From assembly GCA_951406725.2 (NCBI GenBank), contig OX597825.1:43648001-43712000 (forward strand): DNA of 64,000 bases, written 5' to 3'. This DNA is from Octopus vulgaris (lineage: Eukaryota). The notes beneath the pieces were generated by a model, which saw only the letters and a list, made by a program, of their open reading frames with translations, was not told where the DNA came from and ran no database searches. Shown piece after piece: positions 1 through 9,878 of this stretch. The position numbers were made by a program, and so were the translations under genes. How positions within the stretch are numbered: the stretch's first letter is position 1; each line of letters starts with the position of its first letter.

Positions 1-17
1 TCCGAACCAAGGAATTC

Positions 18-69
18 TGAGCCGACGAAAGAAATGTCGATTTGACTAATCTAGAAACGTACGTTCTCA
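18..69 (+). ncRNA. Type I hammerhead ribozyme, CCGACGA core variant
   Basis: Stem I TGAG/CTCA; core CCGACGA; stem II AGA..TCT with internal GTC/GAC hairpin; GAAA-CGTAC-GTT (palindromic stem III, GUU cleavage triplet). Confidence 0.65.
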
Positions 70-357
70 AATAACCTTTGCATTTGATTTTTTAATGTCT
101 TTACCCCCATACTTTCGTGAGTTGAATTGAGAAAACACTATATGAATGAGATTTTCTTTAAGTATTAGAAATAGTTTTAAAAAAGTTTTTTTTAGCTGCT
201 ATTTCTAATGAGTTCAGTATGTGGCAAAGTAATTTATTTTACTAAGCCCTTTTATATAATGTAATAATTTGAATTCGCCTTAAATGGTCCCTTTGCATAC
301 TGAATACTTGGTGAAATTGATTAATAATTAATTAATTTTACCCTCAATTGTTGAAAT

Positions 358-412
<55 letters not shown>

Positions 413-454
413 ATGTATGTATGTATGTATGTATGTATGTATGTATATAATAAA

Positions 455-1316
455 TGGATAAAATTTTTATTAATTAAGTTGATTAATTAATTAATCAATT
501 AATTAATAATTTCACCAAGTAGATCGGTACGTTAAAATAACCTTTATAGGTAAAATTATACAAATATTTTATAATTATGAACAATTATAATTAGGGTTCA
601 GCTAATTGCTTCACCACATACCAATTCAGAAATAAGAGTTAAAATTTCCTTTTCTACTACTATAAGAATCTCCATGACGGTAACATACTTTTTTACGGAG
701 GCAAAGAGAAAAAACAATGAATCAACACGACCAGGATTAACTATATACGCGTTTCGAGATTAAAGTGATTTAAATTTCACTTACTTCTCTCTTCGGTATA
801 GAATTTTTAATTATAAAATTTGAAAGTGCTAGAGTTAAATATGCACACGATCGAGCGACATCATGTAATAGATATCCAACCAACACTTCCAAAATTTACA
901 GGGCCGAATGTGAATACACTATATAACCCCTATACCCACGTGTATGCTACGAGCAGTACCACAGAAAACTGCAGTATTCTATTATGGAGTAAATTATAAT
1001 TTTGAATTAATAATAAAAGGGTAAAATTTATTAATTTAATTAATTAATTAATTAATCAATTAATTAATAATTTCACCAAGTAGATCGGTACGTTAAAATA
1101 ACCTTTACAGGTAATATTATACAAATATTTTATAATTATAAACATAATTATAATTGTTGATTCATTGTTTTTCACTTTGCCTTCGTTAAAAAGTAAGTTA
1201 CCGTCATGGAGATTCTTATAGTAGTATAAAAGGAATTTTAACTCCTATTTCTAAATTCTGTATGTGGTGAAACAATTAGCTGAACCCTAATTATTTTTAT
1301 AATCATAAAATATTTG
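455..1316 (-). mobile_element. Non-coding HHR-bearing repeat unit with direct and inverted terminal repeats (retrozyme-like or non-autonomous PLE)
   Basis: About 460-590 is repeated directly at about 1020-1154 (offset 561); about 587-727 is inverted at about 1155-1292; HHR at 741-801; flanked by microsatellites; 1-358 is a diverged relative on the opposite strand. Confidence 0.65.
741..801 (-). ncRNA. Type I hammerhead ribozyme, CCGAAGA core variant
   Basis: Minus strand: CTATA-CCGAAGA-GAGA..AAGTGA/TCACTT..TCTC-GAAA-CGC-GTA-TATAG. Confidence 0.75.
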
Positions 1317-1339
1317 TGTGTGTATATATATATATGTAT

Positions 1340-1417
<78 letters not shown>

Positions 1418-2410
1418 TGTATATGTATGTATATACATATACATGTGTCCCGGGATCAGTTCCGCTGCGCGACACCTTGAGAACGTTTTTACTATAGCTT
1501 CAAACCGACCAAAGTTTTGTGAATGGATTTGGTTGGCATAAACTGAAATGATCCCGTTGTATATATGTGTGTGTGAGTGCGCGTGTGTGTGTATGCATGC
1601 ATGTTTGTACGTGTGTGTGTATTTTGAAATAAAAGAGAAATGATTCTTACTCTAAAATCGTTACTTCTTAATCTTAATTCCATGGTATAGAACTTTTTTA
1701 ATGTAGCAGCTACACTTTTGCAATGCAAAAGGACGGGAACAGAATTATTCGTCCCGAACACACAAGGAAATAGAGTTGCCATCTGAAGATTCTGTGTGGA
1801 TCGTAATAAGAAATTCGATTGATTTGATTTAAAACTCCGAAGCAATAAATCAACTCTATTCATTCAATATCATATGTTTTCCAAATAGCTATTTTTTCTC
1901 CTCCGCATCACAATAGCTCTGCCCACTCACTGAATCAAAATAAGACTATTTCTAAACGTTCAGATCCTTCATTTATACCCGATTTGTTCGACTTAATTGC
2001 GTCCTCTGAGCGATTTTCGCTCACCGTGAACTGTATAGACACATTAAATTCTTTGTATCTGCTGATTAGTTTACAGATATATGCAAAAGATTCTTTTATG
2101 CTGCTCAGTCGATCACAAGAAAGACAGAATTTTGAAAAATGTCATGCATGTCAATAGCTTTGCATTAACAGTCCTACTTTCAATACTCTACATGCTGAAG
2201 AAATATTCAAATGTTTTACCGTAAGAAGTCATATACCTAAATGGAAAAAATTCTTCCATTGGATACTTAAGAATTTTTGTTCTGTATTTCGATAGACTGA
2301 AGGTTTATAGAATAACTGGTTTGCTTGAGATGTACATAAAGAAAATCGATGTCATCAAATGATATATAAAGAATTAGAATTTGAAAAATTTAGGAATGGT
2401 CGCAATATTA

Positions 2411-3109
2411 TTATTTAAAATATTTAAACGTACTGGTTGTGCGATGTATGCAAGATTCTCCTAGTTCAGAACGGTTATTTAACAGATTTGTAATATTCCT
2501 ATGTTTTAAAATTTCATATGTTTCTATAGAACAAAGTTCACAACCATCTCTACTATTTTTATAAGGCCGTGATTTTCTTACTATATCCCATTTGAGGTTA
2601 AATTCTATATTATTCCTTTTCAGCTCCCAAATTTTACTAGACAATGTTGTGCCACTTGCCTTGTGTTTAAGCCTAAAGGAGGAAAAATGATTGTTTAAAG
2701 TTTTTTTTAAATCCACCGAACAACCGAAATAAAGATAGTTGTTATTTGAAGTCACTATTGTACATTTATAAATTACATTTTGAACCAAACAGCGGCCAGA
2801 TACCGGATATTTCGATCTAATCCTACAATTATAACTAGGGGGTGATTCCTGGTACTAGTATTATTTATGAACAATTCGTTTTCATTTCCGTTACTCGTGT
2901 TATTATTAGTATTAGTGTTATTTCCTCTAATAGTAGTTATATTGTTATGTAAACTGGGATTACTAGTTATTAATCTATTCTCACTATCCTCACCTACTAC
3001 ATGTTTATCTTTACAACCTATATTATTGATGATGTTATTATCACTATTCATATTAATGTTGTTATTATTATTATTATTATTATTATCATCATTATTATCA
3101 TTATTATTA

Positions 3110-3165
<56 letters not shown>

Positions 3166-5106
3166 GCTATTTTTAATATTATTATTACCATTACTATTGT
3201 TGTTACTATTTATTCTATCTCTAGCTAACTTTATATTTTTACTATTAAGTCTAGCTATTATGGTAGCCATATTTGGAAGAGTAGAATATGATATTCTTAC
3301 TGATTTCTTAGAAATTATTTTATAATATTTATGGGAAGCTGGGAAGTTTTTTTCTAGTATAGACATAATTCTACTGTGTATATTCGTAGAGATCGCACAG
3401 TTGAAGGGGATATTTAACCAAATAACATTTTTTCTTTTGTATTTTTTATTTGAGTAAGAATGGGAAAGATTAATGTTATCTATATTCTTACGAGACTCAT
3501 TATTCATTTTAGTCTTATATTTATGTTTATTAGGTTTTTTCTTTGTGGGAGATATTTTTATATTATTATTTACATTTATTTTATCTGGTTTAACATTTTC
3601 ATATTTATTTATGATCTGTTTACTATTTTCATTCATATTATTCAGTTTATATACTAGGTTCTTTTCTTCCATTGATTTATGTTTATTTAGAGTATGAGAT
3701 TCTATATTACTTGAGCTATTTACATTCACTTCATCGTTTAAGAGATTTATGTTATCAAGATCCAGGAAGGTGATTTCTTGGTTGTATCCGGCCTTGGATA
3801 ATGCAACATTATAATGATTCGAGTGAGAGTTAAAAATTTCGATATTCGATGATAATTTTGAAATTCTCCGAGAAATACTTTTCACTATTGATTTTAGTAT
3901 ATTATGGGGGTGATTAGATAATTTGTTTACGTATCTTGTAACTTCACCCTCCTTTCTAAATGGGTGATATAACTTTGAATTTAAGTCTAAGGTAACGTCT
4001 AGAAAATTCACTTGATGTTATATTCATACGTAATACCTGTTGAAATCTTTGAAAAATTTACTAATTTTCTTTTTTATTCCCTCAATTTTTTTATTTATTG
4101 TTACTAGGTACAATAAAGAAAGCAGCATCTCTATATAAACCACTTCGTAATTATGGGATTTCCCTACTTATGCATTTTAATAAATACGCCCCTACTAAAT
4201 TAGTTATCTCTGCCGAATCACTTGAGCCCATGGGTATGTCGAAATTATTTGGGGTATCAGCCCTAGTCCATAATTTTCCTTCAAATTCGATGATAGTTTT
4301 CCTAGCAAATAGAATGATGTCAATTTCTTCCATAGTTATGAGAGAGAGGTTCTTAGCAAAAATGAGTGATTTATTAAGTAGAATGGGGATATGCTGCAAT
4401 AGTAATTGTTAATGTCAAATTGGATAAAAGAAATTCTATTATTATTATCTAAAGATTTAAACCAATCAATTACCTCGTCTGTATTAATCCATAGACTCAA
4501 GGGAAGTTTAGGTATTATATGGGGTAGAACATTGTCAAAATAGATTTACTAAGTCAGCCAATGTCTGACTAAGTTGGACATATGAGTCTTACAGAAGGGT
4601 TTTCAGAGAAATTGTTCTTATGGTCCATAAGATTAATCCTAGCTTCACATGGTGTTAAAGGTTCCGTCCTATCAGCTAGATCATAATTTGTCATAACTTT
4701 TTCATTTCTAAATTAATGTCCCTCAAGTTCTTCCTTGTCGTTATTTTATATTGTCGGCTGGGACCATGATGCCTTGTTTATTTTGTAGAGATTTAATAAA
4801 ATCCTTCAGATATCTAAGGTGTGGATTATTCCTTAGTAGATGTTCCTTGAATTTAACGTTTGCAATAAGGTCAAGTAAATCTTTTTCAAAGTTGTCAAGC
4901 AGTGGATTCGGAGGTGGGTTCTTCATACTTCTGAAAATCTTTTTGTAGTGACTATTTAAGTGTGTTTCTTGAGAATCATGGTGGTAAGTAATCCATCTTA
5001 TTCTTCGAATAAACTCATTTGTTCTATGGATCAATAGCCATATGTATGCGTCCTTACTATGTAAGGGGATATCTTTTGGGGAAAACTCTATATTTACCTT
5101 TTCCAT
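2411..5106 (-). pseudogene. Decayed Penelope-like (Naiad-like) RT/GIY-YIG ORF
   Basis: Frameshifted pieces homologous to the 710-aa ORF: FSPKDIP..EFIRRIRW, FDIPMGS, GLYRDA (YRDD lost), NFLDVTLDL, SNHP, VIWLNIPF, NVIY..YFG, CELC, CIH. Confidence 0.9.
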
Positions 5107-5289
5107 CCTTGTTGAGAAGTCAAGTACCAGAAAGCATACACAATGTATGGAATTATAAGTTCAGCAAAATTTCGATTCAAATGAATATGGTACTTAAATT
5201 AGATGCACCAGAATTTTGTATAGTGTTATCCATATAAATCCGTGGGGTGATTATAATCAAAATGAGCAACAAGAATATCTTCGGTAATT

Positions 5290-5373
5290 TGGTACGATCG
5301 TTTCACGCTACATCATTTTATTAAATATTGTAAGTATTACAACAGTTTTAAAATGTTGAGCAATCATCAGCCA
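5290..5373 (-). ncRNA. Hammerhead ribozyme with long stem II in the 5' pseudo-LTR of the decayed PLE
   Basis: Minus strand: TGG-CTGATGA-TTGCTCAACATTTTA..TAAAATGATGTAGCGT-GAAA-CGATC-GTA-CCA, about 185 nt upstream of the ATG at 5106. Confidence 0.75.
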
Positions 5374-5504
5374 TTTATAAAGGTTTTCCATTAATGCATA
5401 ATTTTCATATTAATTGATAACATTATAGAGAAGGTAGATATATAGACAAAGATGTCGATTTGAATTTTAAGAACATTAAGGTAGTAGAGTTTACCTTCTG
5501 ACTG

Positions 5505-5541
<37 letters not shown>

Positions 5542-6239
5542 GCTTTGCGGAAACAACTGTTATATCAAAGGCGTATCTTGTCGTTGAATTGCTCGAAATA
5601 TGGATTAGAAAAAAAAACCGAGAACTGATGAAGGGTCGCTCGTTATGTTATTTGTCCTGTTTTCCGTTTGCTCCTTTCGTTGTTGCAAATTAAAAGTTCA
5701 TATTCCATGTATTCGTATTTTGTATCTCATGTTTTCGTTTTCTTTTATGTTGTTATGATCCGTGACGTCCTGTGCCCACATATGCATATATATATATACG
5801 TATAGATGTAAGTATGTTCATATATGTATGTATATATGCATATATATATTATATATACAGACTTAAGCCTTAAGAAAAGCTGTATCATGCGCGGGGACAT
5901 AGAAATAATCGGACTGAATATATATATATATATATATATTTTAATATAAATATGTATTGCAGTGTAATATTTATAACAGGTTTAATTTCTATGCATTAAT
6001 TTATACCTTCTTCATTAACGTCAATATGTATTTTATTCAATGTAAGGTTTTTTCCTCGGATTTTATAATTTTTATAAGTTTTTATATATATATACATATA
6101 TTTTTGACCTTTTTGTTTATCGCTCGAAGATTGACCGTTTTTTCTAAAGGGCCAATCAAACAAGTCCATTTCTTTTTAAAGATGTAGCGTTTGTAATAGT
6201 CTAGATTGAATTGATATATCGGTTCCATTCTAGCAAAAA

Positions 6240-6277
6240 CTGTCTGATGAACGGCAACGAGAAACTCAGAGTAACAG
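6240..6277 (+). ncRNA. Minimal type I hammerhead ribozyme (pLTR copy 1)
   Basis: CTGT-CTGATGA-A-CG(GCAA)CG-A-GAA-ACTC-A-GAGT-A-ACAG; predicted cleavage after 6273. Confidence 0.8.
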
Positions 6278-6394
6278 ATTTTGTTGAATTTTCTGCTGCT
6301 TAAAATAAAGCATATTACTCTACCACTGGTATTTGAGTACTCTTTTTCCACCTTCTTTCACATTTATGTGTTTACTCCGGTGTAACCCGCTCCT

Positions 6395-6402
6395 TATAAA
6401 AG
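6395..6402 (+). promoter_or_regulatory. Candidate TATA box upstream of the PLE ORF
   Basis: TATAAAAG about 50 nt before the ATG at 6448, repeated in unit 2; motif match only. Confidence 0.3.
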
Positions 6403-6447
6403 TTTGAGCGACTCTGCACAAGTAGGAAGAACAAACAGCTGAAAAAG

Positions 6448-8580
6448 ATGGAACTTTACCCGCTGGATTTTTCTCAGAAAAATATACCTATCCCTGCACG
6501 GAAACAATATCTCAAAGGTCTTATAGAGAAAACGGAAGAGTTTATTCGAAGATTGAGATGGAAAGCCTTCTTCTTTGATAATAAACAGAAAATAGAAGGA
6601 AACAAATATGGATTTAAATCTCCCAGAAACCCGCCACCCATTCCGGAATTAGAAGCCTTCGAGAAAGACCTTTTCGAGCTTATTAGGAAAATTAAATTCC
6701 GCAAATATACCAACCAATTACAGAGAAGTATGAGAGAAAAAATTAAGGAGATTAACGACTCGAATAAGATCTTCGTTAATTCTGATAAGACAAGGAACTT
6801 ATATGCACTTGATAAGGACGTTTATAAGCGCCTGATTTCGAATAGTGTCACAGACACATACAAAAAAGACAACACGAATATATACAAAGAGGTGAACTTA
6901 GAAGCAAGAGGAATAGCTAATGATCTTAAGATTAGCGATAGGATTGAATATCTTTCACCAAGACCAGCTTTTATTACTCTGAAAGACCATAAAGCCAATT
7001 TTAGTAGAAACCCCAAATGTAGATTGATAAATCCGGCTAAAACTGAGATAGGAATTATTAGCAAAAATATTTTAGACCGTATTTTAGTTAAGTTAGATAG
7101 TGAAGTAGACTTGAGAATTTGGAAGAATAGTAAGTCAGTCATAGAGTGGTTTAAAGGTATTAGCTATAAGAATAATTGTAGTTTCACGCAATTCGACATT
7201 ATTAACTTTTACCCGTCAATATCTAGGACGTTGCTCCTAAGGGCATTGGACTTCGCCAAGCAGTATGTCAACATCGATAGCTCGGAAATTGATATTATTA
7301 TGCATGCGAGGAAATCGCTTCTTTTTTTCGAGGATTCCACCTGGATTAAGAAGACTAAGGATTCTCTTTTCGATGTACCGATGGGGGCATACGACGGGGC
7401 TGAGTTATGTATGCTCATAGGAGCCTTTATTCTCCATAATCTAAAAATAGAATTCCCATTTATAGATGCAGGTTTATATAGGGATGACGGCCTTATAGCC
7501 ATGCATAATCTAAACGGCCATGAATCAGATAGACTTAGGAAGGACCTTATAGCTTTCTTTCAAATGATGGGCTTACTGGTTACGATAGATGCTAACCTGA
7601 ATAGTGTAGATTTTTTAGACGTAAATTTTAATGTAAGGTCGGATAGATTTAAACCTTTCCGTAAGCCCAATGAAAAGCTATCGTATATTAGCAAAGATTC
7701 GAACCATCCACCAGTTATCCTTAGGAACTTAGTCAGCAATGTAGGTAGAAGAATATCTTCAATTTCTTCGGACGAGGCAGCATTCCATAATGCTGCACCT
7801 TATTACCATAGCGCATTAAAGAATAGTGGATTCTCTGAGAAGATCCAGTACAACCAGCTTAATGCTGATAATGCTGCACGAAGAACTAGGACCAGGAAAG
7901 TTTTGTGGTTCAACCCGGCTTTCAATTTGGCCGTAAAGACTAATATAGGTAAGGAATTTTTGAGATTAGTCTCTAAGTATTTTAAGCAGGGTCATAAATT
8001 CTATAGGATATTTAATAGAAGAACCCTGAAGGTTAGCTATTCTTGTTGCAGAAATTTCGCCTCTTACATTAGCCAACATAATAGGAAGCTAATTGAGATT
8101 AGACATGGTGCCGAGCCCATTAAGAAATGCAATTTCAAAAACGAAAGCTCCTGTCCGTTAGAAGGGAAATGTCTAGTGAAAGGAGTAGTTTATAGAGCCA
8201 AGGTGCAAGTGGAAGGCTCATCGGAATACAAGACATACACAGGGGCTTCAGAAAATTCATTTAAAACAAGATTTTATTCTCATAAAAATTCATTTAAATA
8301 CCCAGAGAATAGGAAGAGGACCAGCCTAGCAAAATATGTCTGGGAACTAAAAGAAAAGGAAGCCCCACCTTTCAACGTGACATGGAGCATTCTGGACAGG
8401 GCGGCACCATACAGGCATGGAGCATACAAAAATAATTTCAAGTGTAAACTTTGCCTATTAGAGAAAATGTTCATCTTATTCAAAGACAATAATTCTTTGA
8501 ATCAAAGAAGTGAGCTAATGAACTTATGTAGGCACGCGGCTAAATTTAAAATGTCGAATATAAATATACCATATGGATAG
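6448..8580 (+). CDS. Penelope-like retroelement protein: reverse transcriptase + C-terminal GIY-YIG endonuclease (710 aa)
   Basis: FSQKNIPIP..IRRLRWKAFF N-terminus; QFDIINFYPSI; PMGAYDGAE; GLYRDD; DFLDV; SNHPP thumb; CPLEGKC; GVVY..YTG; CKLC..CRH. Confidence 0.95.
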   Translation: MELYPLDFSQKNIPIPARKQYLKGLIEKTEEFIRRLRWKAFFFDNKQKIEGNKYGFKSPRNPPPIPELEAFEKDLFELIRKIKFRKYTNQLQRSMREKIKEINDSNKIFVNSDKTRNLYALDKDVYKRLISNSVTDTYKKDNTNIYKEVNLEARGIANDLKISDRIEYLSPRPAFITLKDHKANFSRNPKCRLINPAKTEIGIISKNILDRILVKLDSEVDLRIWKNSKSVIEWFKGISYKNNCSFTQFDIINFYPSISRTLLLRALDFAKQYVNIDSSEIDIIMHARKSLLFFEDSTWIKKTKDSLFDVPMGAYDGAELCMLIGAFILHNLKIEFPFIDAGLYRDDGLIAMHNLNGHESDRLRKDLIAFFQMMGLLVTIDANLNSVDFLDVNFNVRSDRFKPFRKPNEKLSYISKDSNHPPVILRNLVSNVGRRISSISSDEAAFHNAAPYYHSALKNSGFSEKIQYNQLNADNAARRTRTRKVLWFNPAFNLAVKTNIGKEFLRLVSKYFKQGHKFYRIFNRRTLKVSYSCCRNFASYISQHNRKLIEIRHGAEPIKKCNFKNESSCPLEGKCLVKGVVYRAKVQVEGSSEYKTYTGASENSFKTRFYSHKNSFKYPENRKRTSLAKYVWELKEKEAPPFNVTWSILDRAAPYRHGAYKNNFKCKLCLLEKMFILFKDNNSLNQRSELMNLCRHAAKFKMSNINIPYG

Positions 8581-9669
8581 AGTATATATTTTGTATTTTT
8601 GATTTTTGAAATTTTGATTTTGACTCTTGAACTCTGAGCGCTACGATGGATTTTGTTTTTGTTTTTGTTTCAAACTATACGGATTTTAATCCGTATAGCA
8701 AAGTCTTATGTTTCTGCATATACATTAGGAAAAACCTTCGGCTTTATTTATTTCATGTTATTGTATTGTATAGGATTACCTTGATTATTTATAAATGATC
8801 AAAATAGGGTGTTATATTTTATTTTATATGTCTTTCGTATATATTTTTATTAGTGCACCCATTTTTTTTAAAAAAAGCAATGTTTTTTTTTAAAAAAGTG
8901 ATGTTGTCAAAAATTAGAATTTTTATATAAGTATGTGTATAGCCATGGATATGTATTTGTAAGCATGCGTATCTGTGTATGTGTAAGTGAACGTATGTTT
9001 GTGCTTAAGCACACATATACACGACTGTATGTATATGTATCCATTCGAACTTGTGTATCTGTATACTTGTCTCCATATATGTCAATAATGCCGTTACACA
9101 GCTTGTATACATAATTTTTTCTTATTTCGTTTTTTCCCCACCCCTCCTTCGTTCCTTTTTTCTCTCTATTCCTTTCTTTCGTCCCCCCACCTTACTCAGT
9201 ATATGAGAATCGCTACATAGATGTTTTTAACTTGCGTGCGAGATGGTTTGCGTGAATATATGTACGCATGCATTTATGTATATATTTAAATTTATATTCA
9301 TACGTCTGTATATGTATGGCGTTTGCACGCATCCTTCTGTGTATGTTGATATATATATGTACATTTTAATATAAATATGTATTGCAGTGTAATATTTATA
9401 ACAGGTTTAATTTCTATGCATTAATTTATACTTTCTTCATTAACGTCAATATGTATTTTATTCAATGTAAGGTTTGGTTTTTTCCTCGGATTTTATAATT
9501 TTTATAAGTTTTTATATATATATACATATATTTTTGACCTTTTTGTTTATCGCTCGAAGATTGACCGTTTTTTCTAAAGGGCCAATCAAACAAGTCCATT
9601 TCTTTTTAAAGATGTAGCGTTTGTAATAGTCTAGATTGAATTGATATATCGGTTCCATTCTAGCAAAAA

Positions 9670-9707
9670 CTGTCTGATGAACGGCAACGAGAAACTCAGA
9701 GTAACAG
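9670..9707 (+). ncRNA. Minimal type I hammerhead ribozyme (pLTR copy 2)
   Basis: Identical to 6240-6277; predicted cleavage after 9703. Confidence 0.8.
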
Positions 9708-9878
9708 ATTTTGTTGAATTTTCTGCTGCTTAAAATAAAGCATATTACTCTACCACTGGTATTTGAGTACTCTTTTTTCCACCTTCTTTCACATTTATGT
9801 GTTTACTCCGGTGTAACCCGCTCCTTATAAAAGTTTGAGCGACTCTGCACAAGTAGGAAGAACAAACAGCTGAAAAAG

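Noticed and set aside
1238-1541. Many short ORFs rich in HT/CV/YI/poly-L/poly-S (here and throughout the window)
   Set aside because: They are translations of (CA)n, (TA)n, (TATG)n, (AAT)n or (GAA)n microsatellites.
5625-5660. CTGATGA-AGGG as a possible HHR
   Set aside because: No stem II closure or GAAA..UH follows.
6474-8489. Antisense ORFs inside the PLE ORF (and their duplicates at 9905-11920)
   Set aside because: Shadow frames with no recognisable motifs.
8581-9360. SECIS element or selenoprotein Naiad
   Set aside because: The ORF has no in-frame TGA and I found no convincing ATGA..AA..GA stem by eye; a SECISearch run would settle it.
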